DNA of 64,000 bases from an uncultured Spirochaetota bacterium (GCA_963820525.1 CAWGAA010000001.1:2592001-2656000); one strand, 5' to 3'. Shown: positions 32,770 through 47,314, numbered from the stretch's first letter. The notes: a model not told the origin generated them from the sequence alone. Numbers and translations are program-made.

Positions 32770-33699
32770 ATGTTCTTCAACAGAATCGGCGGTTGGATAT
32801 CAGAGCTCCTGGGCAAGCTTCCTCCCGATGCTCCCATGCGCGCCTTGTGGATCGGGCTGACGATCGTCATCGGGCTGTTCCTGGCCCGGTTCCTCGCCAT
32901 CTTTGTCGAGCGCAATATCATGCGGCGCTCCACGCCGCAGCGCAGAATGATCGTGCGAAAGGCTATCAGCTATTCCGTTTTCGTTCTCGTCGTCCTGGTC
33001 GTGCTGCGGGAGCTCGGTGTGGAGCTGGCCACCCTTTTAGGGGCGGCTGGTATCGTGGGGATCGCCGTCGGCTTCGCCTCCCAGACCAGCGTTTCCAATA
33101 TCATCAGCGGCCTTTTCCTCATATCGGAGAAGCCCTTCGCCGTCGGGGACGTGATCAAGATCGGCGGCACAACGGGGATCATCCAGTCCATCGACCTGTT
33201 GTCAATAAAGATCCGCACCTTCGACAACCTCTTCGTCCGCATCCCCAATGAGAAGATCCTTACTTCCGAGGTCACCAACATCACCCGCTTCCCCATCCGC
33301 AGGATGGACATCGTGATCCATGTGGGGTACGCCCAGGATCTGTCCCATGTGCAGAATGTCCTGGCGGACGTGGCGCGAAAGAACCCCTTTTGTCTCGACG
33401 AGCCGGAGCCCCTGATCCTCTTCAACGATTTCAAGGAGTCGGGGATCGAGGTTCTCTACGGCTTGTGGTTCGGCAAGGATGATTTCCTCAATCTGAAAAA
33501 CTCGATCATGATCGATATAACGACACGATTCGCCGTGGAAGGGATCGAGATTCCCTATCCGCAGCGCGTTCTGCGCACGAGCGGGTCCGCGGACCCGCTT
33601 GCCATCCGAATTGTCGGCGAGCGCGACGGGGCGGGCCGCTCGCCCTTCCCCGAGGATGAGGTGCCGCGCTCGCACAGCGGCGGCAATCCGCCGCTCTAA
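32770..33699 (+). CDS. mscS: Small-conductance mechanosensitive channel
   Basis: GAAGIVGIAVGFASQ..SNIISG, PFAVGDVI, IPN, GIEIPYPQR. Confidence 0.92.
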   Translation: MFFNRIGGWISELLGKLPPDAPMRALWIGLTIVIGLFLARFLAIFVERNIMRRSTPQRRMIVRKAISYSVFVLVVLVVLRELGVELATLLGAAGIVGIAVGFASQTSVSNIISGLFLISEKPFAVGDVIKIGGTTGIIQSIDLLSIKIRTFDNLFVRIPNEKILTSEVTNITRFPIRRMDIVIHVGYAQDLSHVQNVLADVARKNPFCLDEPEPLILFNDFKESGIEVLYGLWFGKDDFLNLKNSIMIDITTRFAVEGIEIPYPQRVLRTSGSADPLAIRIVGERDGAGRSPFPEDEVPRSHSGGNPPL

Positions 33700-34688
33700 C
33701 GGACCACCTTCTCCCAGCTCCCCGACTTTTCGGATGCGAACAGGGCGTCAAGCACCCTCATATTGTTTACGGCATCCTGCGCGGGGAAGGGGACGGGGCC
33801 TCCATCGTGAACGGCCTTTGAGAAGCCTTCGAAGAGAAGAGCGTACTGGTCCACGGGCCCCGAGGAGATCGTGCGGGGGCCCAGGGATCCGCGAAGCGTC
33901 ATTGGCACGGGCACATCGGGGAAGATGTTGAAACAGGTGGGAATGGAAAGGGAACCCCCTGAGCCGAACACCTCAACTGCTTGAGCGGGATGAGTCTGGG
34001 TGGCAACGGTGAAGAGCGCTCGGGCCTTGCCGAAATCGAGGATGGCGGAGCTCAGGACGTCGGTCTTCAGGACCGGATCGCGATTCACGAGACTTACGAC
34101 CCGCTGGGGTTCCTTTCCCAGGAGGAACCGGGCAGATGACACGGCGTAGCAGCCGATATCGGGGATGGCCCCCCCTCCCGCTTCCGGGATGTTCCTGATG
34201 TTCTTCGGATCCGTCAATGAATAGGTGAATATGGTCTGGATTGCGTGAATCTCTCCCAGCTCCCCCGCTTGCACGATCTCCCGCGCTCTCTGCCACAGGG
34301 GATGGAAGCGGTACATGAACGCCTCCATGACGAGCACGCCCTTCCGCTGGGCATGGGCGATGGCCTCCTCGGCTTCACGGGCGTTCATCGCGAAAGGTTT
34401 CTCGCAGAGGATATGCTTCCCCGCATCCGCCGCCTTTTTCACCCAGGAGGCGTGCAGGTGGTTGGGAAGCGGGATATAGACGGCTTCGATCTCGCGGTCC
34501 GCGAGAAGCTCCTCGTAGGCGCCGTATGCCTTGGGAATCCCGAACCTCCTCGCAGCCTCTTCGGCCCTTCCCTTGGAACGGGATGCGATTGCCCGCATCT
34601 CGATGAGGCTGGATTTGCTGACCGGCGTATGGACCCGAAGGCCATAGTGGTCCGACACCGAAAGAACGCCCCAGACGACAGGTTTCAT
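33696..34688 (-). CDS. Gfo/Idh/MocA family oxidoreductase
   Basis: AVYIPLPNHLH, GKHILCEKP, MEAFMYRFHP, GGGAIPDIGCY. Confidence 0.92.
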   Translation of the reverse strand: MKPVVWGVLSVSDHYGLRVHTPVSKSSLIEMRAIASRSKGRAEEAARRFGIPKAYGAYEELLADREIEAVYIPLPNHLHASWVKKAADAGKHILCEKPFAMNAREAEEAIAHAQRKGVLVMEAFMYRFHPLWQRAREIVQAGELGEIHAIQTIFTYSLTDPKNIRNIPEAGGGAIPDIGCYAVSSARFLLGKEPQRVVSLVNRDPVLKTDVLSSAILDFGKARALFTVATQTHPAQAVEVFGSGGSLSIPTCFNIFPDVPVPMTLRGSLGPRTISSGPVDQYALLFEGFSKAVHDGGPVPFPAQDAVNNMRVLDALFASEKSGSWEKVVR

Positions 34689-34816
34689 GACGCTCCTTCC
34701 TCCCCTGTATAAGAATCGTTCGACGGGAAACGATCGTCAAGGCGCCGCTCGACGAATGATTACGCTGTTGCCGCCGCCCCTGGGCTAGGTGCGCTTCAGG
34801 AGGCGGGCCACCCGTC

Positions 34817-35785
34817 TCACTCCGTCTGCACCCCGGCGCCGAAAACCCACCCTGCCGGATTGCTGATCCTGTACCAGGGGGCGGTGAGTGAGCCGATCTG
34901 AAAGGAGTCCCTGGTTCTTTCTTCCGCGTGGATGCGCTGCCCCTTGAGCAGCGTGGCCACTATGGAGCCGGAGACTTCGCTGGGCGCAGAAAGAACATTG
35001 ACCTTGTCCTCGCTCACGACGAGGATGACGGGAAACTCTTCAGTTTCGATCTTCTGGGCCGGCGGCGCGTTCAAAGCGGCGGCTGCCTGGCGAATGATAT
35101 CCGAGAAGGGAGAGGAAGGATAATCCGAAAGGGCTGATTTCAGGAACGCTGCTTTCAGCTTCAAATTGTCCGTCCGCGAGGCGATGCGGTATAAAAGCGC
35201 ACTCTCCACGCTTCCGATCTGGGAGGAGATCCCTTCGTTTCGGGCGAACACGTCGCTGTACAGGGTGTCGCTGGCCTGATCGTGGCAGGAGACGCGGACA
35301 AAAACCGCGCCGGCGGAGTCTTTGCGGATGGCAAGGATGGACATGATCGGCAGGTGCCCTGCGAGCTGTGAGCGCTCGGTTGGGAGGGTAAAAACCGGTA
35401 CTTCGTCGTATACCACGACGGCCAGAATAGAGTTCGCCGCAAAGTACTCAGCTCGGACCCAGCCGTCGATCCCCGATGTCCGGCGGACCCGGACGATTTT
35501 CTTCAGGCTTCCCGAGAATGAGGCTTTCGTGCTTGGTCCCAGAAGGGTGAGCTTTTCTCCTATCTGCAATCGTGAGAGAGGCGAAAGCTTTCCATCTGAA
35601 AGGCCCCACAGGGTGAGACCGTCGAGCATGCAAAAGCCGCTCTTTTCATCAGAAATCAGGCTGTCACGGACCGCCTCGGGAATTCTCTCCATCTGCTGCC
35701 TATTCGGCGGCACGGGATATTTCCTGCAGAATGCCATGAGGAGAAAGAGCGACACTGCGAGGATTGCCGCGGCTACTTTTTTCAT
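34817..35785 (-). CDS. SH3-domain lipoprotein (paralog 2)
   Basis: Lipobox-like LMAFC; SH3b motifs GWVRAE and APWYRISNPAGWVFG. Confidence 0.75.
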   Translation of the reverse strand: MKKVAAAILAVSLFLLMAFCRKYPVPPNRQQMERIPEAVRDSLISDEKSGFCMLDGLTLWGLSDGKLSPLSRLQIGEKLTLLGPSTKASFSGSLKKIVRVRRTSGIDGWVRAEYFAANSILAVVVYDEVPVFTLPTERSQLAGHLPIMSILAIRKDSAGAVFVRVSCHDQASDTLYSDVFARNEGISSQIGSVESALLYRIASRTDNLKLKAAFLKSALSDYPSSPFSDIIRQAAAALNAPPAQKIETEEFPVILVVSEDKVNVLSAPSEVSGSIVATLLKGQRIHAEERTRDSFQIGSLTAPWYRISNPAGWVFGAGVQTE

Positions 35786-35859
35786 GAGCGACCTCCGCGC
35801 GTCCGTTCAACGCTATGGTGCGCGGAGGCCGCTGTCAAGGCATCAAAGGAAAGTGCCCC

Positions 35860-36810
35860 CTACTCCCCCGCGGGGGCAAGATAGCCGCCCCAGACCCATC
35901 CCGCGGGCTCCTTGATCCGGTACCAGGGGGCAGAGGTGTTGTCAATTGTATAGGTGTCGATGGTTTCCTCGACAATCTCCACTTTCTGGCCCTTCGTCAA
36001 TTTCGCGAGAACAGTGCCCGCGTTTTCATCCGGCTTGTCGCGCACATTGACATCGTTGTCCGTCGAAGCAAGGATTTCGCTATGGGCGGTGGTTTCCTTG
36101 CCCGCGCTCGGTGAACTCAAAACAGCGAGAGCCTCCTCGATCCGGGCCTTGAAGGCAGAGTCGGGATAGTCTTTCTGAGCAGATTCCAAAAGGGTCTTTT
36201 TGAGCTTTCCATCCTTCTTCGTCTGAGCGAGGATGAGGAGGATGGCGCTCTGTACATCGTCCGCTCTTGTCGATATCCCCTCGTTTCTGAAGAAAACTCC
36301 GCTCTGGAGATACAACGCCTGGTCGTAGAGCGTGGCTTTGAGGTAGGGTTGCCCGGCCGTCTCCTTGGCGATGGCGATGATCGAGAGGGCGGGAACGGAT
36401 TTCGCCGTGGCGGCCGTATTCTTCGGCTGAGAATAGACGATGGCTTCCTCTGAGGTGACGACGCCTAGAACGGAATTGGCAACGACGAATTCAGCCCTTA
36501 CCCATCCCTCACTCCCTGACTCCCGGCGCACCTTGATGAAATCCATCTCCTGTTTACGATAAGGATCGACCGCCCTGGTCGCCTGCTCGAGAAGCTGGAG
36601 TTTCTCTCCCAATTGAATGCTTTCCTTGTACTTCAAGGTTTCGTCCGCCTGCTGGTCGAGCAGCGGCAGATCTGCGAGGATGCAGAACCCGCTCTTGGCG
36701 TCCGAGGCCAGCGGCGAGGCACCCTGGGCGCCTCCCGATGTCTTCTGTCCGCAGGAAACGACGATGAGAAGCCCGCAGAGAGCCGAGGCAATGCCGAGAG
36801 CACGTTTCAT
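35860..36810 (-). CDS. SH3-domain lipoprotein (paralog 1)
   Basis: Lipobox VVSC; VNVRDKP, APWYRIKEPAGWVWG; GGAGG SD. Confidence 0.78.
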   Translation of the reverse strand: MKRALGIASALCGLLIVVSCGQKTSGGAQGASPLASDAKSGFCILADLPLLDQQADETLKYKESIQLGEKLQLLEQATRAVDPYRKQEMDFIKVRRESGSEGWVRAEFVVANSVLGVVTSEEAIVYSQPKNTAATAKSVPALSIIAIAKETAGQPYLKATLYDQALYLQSGVFFRNEGISTRADDVQSAILLILAQTKKDGKLKKTLLESAQKDYPDSAFKARIEEALAVLSSPSAGKETTAHSEILASTDNDVNVRDKPDENAGTVLAKLTKGQKVEIVEETIDTYTIDNTSAPWYRIKEPAGWVWGGYLAPAGE

Positions 36811-36998
36811 ATCCACCTCCTGACGATTGGCCCATGCTATGGCGTGTGAAAGTAGCTGTCAACATCGAAGAACGGAAGCGGCTCGCCCTGGCGAGATTCT
36901 CTTCGATAAAAATGCTTTGGAAAATCGCCGGTTCGTGCGATACTATTCAGTTGATAATTGAGTTATACCTCTTTTTCTGCAAGTAGGAGGATCCCTCC

Positions 36999-39155
36999 AT
37001 GAGCAAGAAGCTCTTTTCTCTGGCCGCGCTGCTTCTCTTTGCACTTCCTTCTGTCTACCCTCAAGCAGCGGGCGCCGATCTCAACGAGTTTTACCAATTC
37101 CCGATCGGAATCGCTGTGGAATACCAGACCCTCACTCCCCTCGCGGCATACAATACCCCATACAACATATTCGACGTCGCGGGCCAGATCACGGTTCCGC
37201 TCCCCATGCTGCCGGTGCTCCAACCCTACCTGCGCGGCGGAATGATGCGGTTCGACAGCATCGATGCCGCCGCCCCGGACAAGTGGGATCACTACCATAT
37301 CTACGGGACTCTGGGGATCTCCTACGTGAACCGGATCGTCAAGAACTTCGAGTTTGGAGCCGACCTGAGCGCGGGGGCTTCCGAGGCGATTTTCCCGAAC
37401 GTCGTAGACACCGGCACGGTCGGCTCTCCTTTTCTTTTATTCTCCGCCGGCGCGAAGGTGAGCCTCGTTCCTTCCTACAGCTTCAGCATCGACTTTCATC
37501 CCAACGTCAGGTACCTCCAGGCGCTGGGCCCATTGAATACATTCAACGGATTCCTTTTCTCGTTCGGATTCGCGGCAAGCTACAGGTTCGGTGAGGATCC
37601 CGATTCAGCCCGGGCAATCATCCGCAGCCTGCGCTTCGAAGACCTGAAGCTTCCCTCCGCGTTCAGCGCAATGCAGGGCTTCTATGCCAAGAACCCCCTG
37701 GGCCAAGTGACCCTCGTCAACACGGAAAGGCAGCCCGTGACGGACGTGGAGGTATCGTTCTTCCAGCCCGGATACATGGATTCCCCCACGGCTTCAGCGT
37801 CCATCGCCAGAATCCCTTCAGGAGGCAATGTTCGCGTGCCCATCCTCGCCGTGTTCAACAAGCAGGTCTTTTCCACCGAAGGGGTGACGCCGCTTACCGG
37901 TGAAATCATCGTCACCTACAAGCTTGCCAGCAGGCCCGTGGATCAGCGTTCACCCGTCACCTACGACCTGTACGACAAGACGGCAATCGTGTGGGACGAG
38001 GATCGCAAGGTTGCGGCCTTCATAACTCCCCAGGACAGCGCGCTGAAGAACTACACCGCTTTCATCAGCCAGGCTGTCAGGGAAGCCTCTCTTCCCAACT
38101 ACAACGAATCGATCCAGACGGCGATGCAGGTCTACGCGGGGCTTCGCGAGATCGGGCTTCTCTATCAGGTTGATGCCGCATCTCCCTTCACGAAGGTGCA
38201 GGGACAAGGCCAGCTGGTGGACTCCGTCACCTTGCCGCGGCTCACCCTCAAGAGAAGGTACGGGGACTGCGACGATCTTACCGTGCTTTTCTGCAGTCTC
38301 CTTGAAACCCAGAATGTGGAAACCGGTTTCATCACGGTACCGGGACACATCTACGCCGCCTTCAATACGAACATCCAGGCAACCGACTTCAAAGAGATCA
38401 CGCCGGATCGATCGATGGTCCTCACCGTGGACAACAAGCTGTGGATTCCCTTGGAAGTGACCATGCTGGACGGAAACAATGGGTTCCAAGAGTCATGGGC
38501 GAGGGGGATCGCGCTGTGGAACGCGAGCGAGAAGGAGCGGAGATTCTATAAAACGCGCGACGCCCAGAAGATCTATACCCCCGTAGCCCTCCAGGAGACC
38601 GACCTTGGGCTTCAGTATGGGAGCAAGAACGATCTGGTGGGCTATTTTACCAGGGATCGTGACAGGCTTTCAGAGACCGTTACCAAGTCGGTCGCCGCTG
38701 AAGCCGCACGGAGCAACACGCGCAAGGACTATAACCGGCTGGGAATCCTCTACGCACGATTCGGCCGCTATGGGGAAGCTGAAACCGCGCTTGAAAACGC
38801 CCTCAAGGTGGATCCCAAGTATGTCGGGGCCATGGTGAACCTCGGAAACGTCCAGTTCCTGCGCAAGGAGTACCAAAAGGCCATCGACGTGTACAAGAGC
38901 GCGATCGCCCAATCGGGAAAGGATTCAGCGCCATCTTCTTCAGCGCTGAAACTGATCGGCCTCCTGAACCTTTCGCGAGTCTACAACGCCATCGGCAAGG
39001 CGGATCAGGCGAAGTCCTACTTCGCGCAGGCCGATAAGATGGATCACCAGAAGGCCAGCGAGTACGCGTACCTGGCAACCGCGGATTCTGGCTCAAGCAG
39101 GGCCGCTGACGAGGGAAGCGCCGGGAAGAAGATCATCTTCTCGGAGGAGGAATAG
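36999..39155 (+). CDS. Exported protein: putative beta-barrel + transglutaminase-like + TPR domains
   Basis: Signal peptide; amphipathic beta strands ending ...FAASYRF; GDCDD..L, PGHIY, WIPLE; C-terminal TPRs. Confidence 0.75.
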   Translation: MSKKLFSLAALLLFALPSVYPQAAGADLNEFYQFPIGIAVEYQTLTPLAAYNTPYNIFDVAGQITVPLPMLPVLQPYLRGGMMRFDSIDAAAPDKWDHYHIYGTLGISYVNRIVKNFEFGADLSAGASEAIFPNVVDTGTVGSPFLLFSAGAKVSLVPSYSFSIDFHPNVRYLQALGPLNTFNGFLFSFGFAASYRFGEDPDSARAIIRSLRFEDLKLPSAFSAMQGFYAKNPLGQVTLVNTERQPVTDVEVSFFQPGYMDSPTASASIARIPSGGNVRVPILAVFNKQVFSTEGVTPLTGEIIVTYKLASRPVDQRSPVTYDLYDKTAIVWDEDRKVAAFITPQDSALKNYTAFISQAVREASLPNYNESIQTAMQVYAGLREIGLLYQVDAASPFTKVQGQGQLVDSVTLPRLTLKRRYGDCDDLTVLFCSLLETQNVETGFITVPGHIYAAFNTNIQATDFKEITPDRSMVLTVDNKLWIPLEVTMLDGNNGFQESWARGIALWNASEKERRFYKTRDAQKIYTPVALQETDLGLQYGSKNDLVGYFTRDRDRLSETVTKSVAAEAARSNTRKDYNRLGILYARFGRYGEAETALENALKVDPKYVGAMVNLGNVQFLRKEYQKAIDVYKSAIAQSGKDSAPSSSALKLIGLLNLSRVYNAIGKADQAKSYFAQADKMDHQKASEYAYLATADSGSSRAADEGSAGKKIIFSEEE

Positions 39156-39157
39156 CT

Positions 39158-43318
<4,161 letters not shown>

Positions 43319-43449
43319 TCAGGGAACCGGGGGAAACCCGGCGAATGCAGTGTAATGAGATGGCGCGCGACCTCGCTGCCTGACGCGGCTGCAGTCACCG
43401 GGCGGCAACCGTGTCGCTTGCCAAACCTTCTTTCGTGGTATGCCCGTCC

Positions 43450-43896
43450 TCAGGTGCTCTCGAGAAGATGGAAGACGTCGTCGGTGGACTTGGCGGAGAT
43501 GATCGCCTTGCGCTTCTCCTTGTTCCTGATGATGAGGGTGAGCTTGGCCAGGATCCTGAGGTAATTCTCGTGCTCCTCGGGCCCTGCGATGAGGAAGGCG
43601 AGGTGAACGGGCTTTTCGTCGATGCTCTGCCATTCCACGCCATCCTGGAAGATTCCGATCGTGATGAAGAAGTCCCTCACCCAGCGGCTCTTGATGTGGG
43701 GAATGGCCACGTTCTGGCCGATGCCGGTGGTGACGATGTATTCCCTGTCCAGCACCGCGTTCTGGAACTGCTCGAAATCGATCACGTAGGTGTCATCGTT
43801 GGAAATCTCGATCAACTTGGCCAGCGCTTCCTGCTTATCCCTGGCCTGCAGGAACGCGATCCTATCCTTCGAGATGAAATCTTTGAGGTTGATCAT
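43450..43896 (-). CDS. PTS EIIA (Fru/Ntr type) protein
   Basis: DREYIVTTGIGQNVAIPH, PVHLAFLI. Confidence 0.9.
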   Translation of the reverse strand: MINLKDFISKDRIAFLQARDKQEALAKLIEISNDDTYVIDFEQFQNAVLDREYIVTTGIGQNVAIPHIKSRWVRDFFITIGIFQDGVEWQSIDEKPVHLAFLIAGPEEHENYLRILAKLTLIIRNKEKRKAIISAKSTDDVFHLLEST

Positions 43897-43967
43897 ATGA
43901 TATGCCAGTATACTGCTTTGACCGGAGGGGGACAAGGCGGCCTTTTCTCTCGATTGATGGGGCGGCT

Positions 43968-45062
43968 TTAGATGATGTCTTCCCAGACAACACCCTCACC
44001 GGACGGGATACTGCGCCTGGCCACGGCACCGATCACCAGGCCAAGGTGCTCGGGGCCCAGCCCGGGCTGAAGTTTCTTTTCAGTTCGAAGAATCGCCACC
44101 ATCTCTTCCGAGATGCGCTCACCCCGGGGAATCTCCTTCACCGCGTGTATCGAGCGGTTTGTCCGGTTGTAGTTGCCCTTCTCCGAAGCGGCGAGTGCTT
44201 TCACGCCGTTTCCTTCCACCCGGGCCACGCGATCCCCGCCAAACTCGTCGCACAGCCGGGCGCGCGCTGCCGACGGATCCAGCTCAGCGGCCCGTATGCG
44301 GTCCACCATCTTTCGAAAAGCTTCCGGCTCGAGAGCAATGGGGTCGTCGAGGCCCGTGCCGCCGCGCGAGAGAGTGAAATGCTTTTCCAGAACGGATGCG
44401 CCGTTTGCAGCCGCGAGCGCCGGCACCAGGACCGGGTCCAACGAATGATCAGACACCCCGGTCTCCACCCCGAAGATCCCGCTGAGATTTAGCAGGATGC
44501 GCAGGTTGTATTCTTCCTCGGGGGCCGGATATGCGGTGATGCAGTGGAGGAGAACGACGTTTCTCCCCGTGATGGAAATGGCCTGCTCGATGTCCGAAAG
44601 GGTCGATACGCCGGAGGAAAGCACCAGGGGAAGCCCGTAACCGCTCACTTCACGGAGGAGCGGAAAGTGGTTGAGCTCTGGGGAGGCGATCTTGATGGCC
44701 GCGACGCCGAGAGAGCGGAGTTCCCGGGCGCTTTGTATTCCGAAGGCTGAAGCGAGAAAGAAAAGCCCGCGCGCTTCAGCGTATTCCTTTATTTCCCGGT
44801 AGAAGGAGATATCCTTCTCCAGGGTCTTGAAGTGGCGGTACAGCTCGATCCTGCCGGTGGGAAGGTCAACCTCTCCTGACAAGGGATGGAGGATCTCATC
44901 CGCGTAGACGAGCTGAAGCTTCACGCAGTCGGCTCCCGACCGACCCGCGGCGTCCACCAGTTCCCGCGCGCGTGCCGGATCCCCCTGATGAGAAGTGCCC
45001 AATTCCGCGACGATCATGCATGGCTCACCGGCCCCGACCCTGCGGGCCCCGAAGGCGATCAT
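43968..45062 (-). CDS. NeuB/SpsE N-acetylneuraminate synthase family protein with SAF domain
   Basis: IVAELGTSHQG, KIASPE, LHCITAYP, GVSDHS, EKHFTL, C-terminal RS...PGL. Confidence 0.9.
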   Translation of the reverse strand: MIAFGARRVGAGEPCMIVAELGTSHQGDPARARELVDAAGRSGADCVKLQLVYADEILHPLSGEVDLPTGRIELYRHFKTLEKDISFYREIKEYAEARGLFFLASAFGIQSARELRSLGVAAIKIASPELNHFPLLREVSGYGLPLVLSSGVSTLSDIEQAISITGRNVVLLHCITAYPAPEEEYNLRILLNLSGIFGVETGVSDHSLDPVLVPALAAANGASVLEKHFTLSRGGTGLDDPIALEPEAFRKMVDRIRAAELDPSAARARLCDEFGGDRVARVEGNGVKALAASEKGNYNRTNRSIHAVKEIPRGERISEEMVAILRTEKKLQPGLGPEHLGLVIGAVARRSIPSGEGVVWEDII

Positions 45063-45613
45063 TTCCGTGCCGTGCTCCCCAGTCCGTCATCGTCCTGGAA
45101 GATCCTGCTTCCAACGGTGCGCTTCTGGCCCTGGTACTTTCCCGCGTAAGGCCTGTTGGTGCAGCGATCCATGAAGGCGAAGACGATCTGGCAGATCCGG
45201 CGTCCGCTCGCCAGGCGGAGGGGGAGGCGATTGGCGTTGAAAAGCTCCAGCGTGATGGTCCCCTCGAAACCGGGATCGACCCAGCCCGCGTTCTGGATGA
45301 ACAGGCCCATCCTGCCGATCGAGCTTCTTCCCTCCACGAACGCGGTCACGTTGTGCGGCAGCTTGATGAACTCCACCGTGGTGGCGAGGAGGAAGGAGTG
45401 GGGGGGGATCACGATCTCCTCCTTCTCGATCTCCACGTATCGCGGCTCGGTGTCCAGCCCGAGGCTTTCCATGCTGTTCTCGTCGATCTTGAGGAAATGC
45501 CTGCCCAGCCGAAGATCGATGGAGGCGGGTTGGATCTGGTATGGCTCGATGGGCTCCACGACGATGGTTCGTGCCGCCATCATTTCTTTGAGCGTTTCGT
45601 CCGAGACGATCAT
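45059..45613 (-). CDS. dcd: dCTP deaminase
   Basis: IQPASIDLRLG, EGRSSIGRMG, DPGFEGTITLE, KYQGQ. Confidence 0.95.
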   Translation of the reverse strand: MIVSDETLKEMMAARTIVVEPIEPYQIQPASIDLRLGRHFLKIDENSMESLGLDTEPRYVEIEKEEIVIPPHSFLLATTVEFIKLPHNVTAFVEGRSSIGRMGLFIQNAGWVDPGFEGTITLELFNANRLPLRLASGRRICQIVFAFMDRCTNRPYAGKYQGQKRTVGSRIFQDDDGLGSTARK

Positions 45614-47046
45614 GAGGCTCCTCCCTGGGTTGTGCTCTTCTGGATGAGGCGCTGCTTGAGGTCTTTCAGCCGGCGGGAAAGCGAAACCCTGTAGAGATGC
45701 GGGTTGATCAGGCGCTTGTACGTGTCGTCGAGGCGGCGCAAGTTCTCCCGCGCCCTCGCCTGGATCTGGGGGAGCGGCGAGGCGGGTTTGAGGATCTTCC
45801 CGTTCACCATGACGGGAGAGAGAAGAGGGCGGATGTCCCCATACTCGCTCAGGGTGAACGTGCGATAGTCTCCGGGGTGGTGAAAAATGTGCGGCCGGCC
45901 AGGGGCGAGTTTCTCGTCTTCAAGCGAGATGAGGTCGGCCAGGGGGTTGCCGTCCCGCGAAGAGAACCGCCAGACCTGCTTGATGCCGGGGTTGGTGACC
46001 TTTTCGGGATTGTTGGAAACCTTGATGGCGGGAACCCACTCCCCTGCCTGGTCCTTTGCAGCAATCTTGTACACCCCCGTGAGCGCTGGGTCTCCTCCGC
46101 CTGTCACCAGGTGGGTTCCCACTCCCCACGAATCGATGGGCGCCTTCCGGGTGACCAGCTGGGCGATGATGTGCTCGTCCAGCTCATTTGAAGCAACGAT
46201 CCGCGCCTCGGCAAGGCCCGCTGCGTCCAGCCGCTCGCGCACCCGCTTCGACAGGTACTCCAAGTCCCCGCTGTCCAGCCTCACTCCGAAGTCCTTGTGC
46301 CCGGCCGCCGCAAGCTTTTTTCCCACGATGATGGCGTTTTCGATTCCACTGCCCAGCGTGTCGTATGTGTCAATGAGCAGGATGCATCCGTCGGGGTAGG
46401 TTTCCCCGTATTTCTCGAAAGCCTCGCGCTCGTCGTTGAACGCCATGATCCAGGAGTGGGCCATGGTTCCGCGAACGGGAATCCCATAGCGCTTGCCGGC
46501 CAGAGTATTCGAAGTGGCGACAGCCCCTCCGATGAATGCCGCCCGAGCGGCGGAAAGGGACCCGTCGATTCCCTGGGCCCTGCGAAGGCCGAACTCGATC
46601 ACGGCGCCGCCGTTGGAGGAAAGACAGATCCTGGCCGCCTTGGTGGCGATCAGGGTCTGGAAGTTGAGCGTGTTCAACAGCGCGCTCTCAACCAGCTGGG
46701 TCTCGATCAGAGAGCCGTGGACCCGAACCAGGGGCTCACCGGGAAATACGATTTCCCCTTCCTCCATGGCGTACACGTCGCCCTGAAAGCGGAAGGTGCC
46801 GAGGAAATCGAGGAACTCCTTTTTGAACGTCCCCAGGCTTTCCAGGTAGGAAAGCTCTTCGGCGGAGAACGCCAGGGACGAGATGTAGGAGAGGGTGTCC
46901 TCCAGGCCCGCGAAAATGGAGAACCCGCCCCCGAAAGGCTGCCGGCGGAAGAACATGTCGAACACCGCGCGGGGGTTCTCCCGCTGGAGGAAGTACCCCT
47001 GCATCATCGAAAGCTCGTAGAAATCGGTAAGGAGGCTGAGGTTCAT
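45610..47046 (-). CDS. pncB: Nicotinate phosphoribosyltransferase
   Basis: LLTDFYELSM, EFGLRRAQG, GTMAHS, LIDTYDT, VRLDSGD. Confidence 0.96.
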   Translation of the reverse strand: MNLSLLTDFYELSMMQGYFLQRENPRAVFDMFFRRQPFGGGFSIFAGLEDTLSYISSLAFSAEELSYLESLGTFKKEFLDFLGTFRFQGDVYAMEEGEIVFPGEPLVRVHGSLIETQLVESALLNTLNFQTLIATKAARICLSSNGGAVIEFGLRRAQGIDGSLSAARAAFIGGAVATSNTLAGKRYGIPVRGTMAHSWIMAFNDEREAFEKYGETYPDGCILLIDTYDTLGSGIENAIIVGKKLAAAGHKDFGVRLDSGDLEYLSKRVRERLDAAGLAEARIVASNELDEHIIAQLVTRKAPIDSWGVGTHLVTGGGDPALTGVYKIAAKDQAGEWVPAIKVSNNPEKVTNPGIKQVWRFSSRDGNPLADLISLEDEKLAPGRPHIFHHPGDYRTFTLSEYGDIRPLLSPVMVNGKILKPASPLPQIQARARENLRRLDDTYKRLINPHLYRVSLSRRLKDLKQRLIQKSTTQGGAS

Positions 47047-47102
47047 CCCGTGCTCGATAGTCCGGCGGACGGAGCGGCTTTCCCTTCTCTCATGGCTTGA
47101 AG

Positions 47103-47175
47103 TGGAGGATAGGGGATTCGAACCCCTGGCCTACAGATTGCGAACCTGCCGCTCTACCAGCTGAGCTAATCCCCC
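47103..47175 (-). tRNA. tRNA-Ala(CGC)
   Basis: GGGGGATTAGCTCAG...GCAGG-TTCGCAA-TCTGT...ATCCTCCA; G3:U70 pair. Confidence 0.94.
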
Positions 47176-47314
47176 GTTGAATGCGGTTCCGCGCGGGAGC
47201 CGCCGAGACATCGATACTACTAAATCGCTGGATTTTGAGCAAGTCTCTGCCCGTCCAGCCGCCACTGCGGGCGGCGGAGTCGGGTGCCGGCGCCGTGACC
47301 GCCGAGCCGGCATC

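Noticed and set aside
43320..43360. Cobalamin riboswitch-like string AGGGAACCGGGGGAAACCCGG...GCAGTGTAA
   Set aside because: Lacks the rest of the core and B12 box, and there is no downstream plus-strand gene
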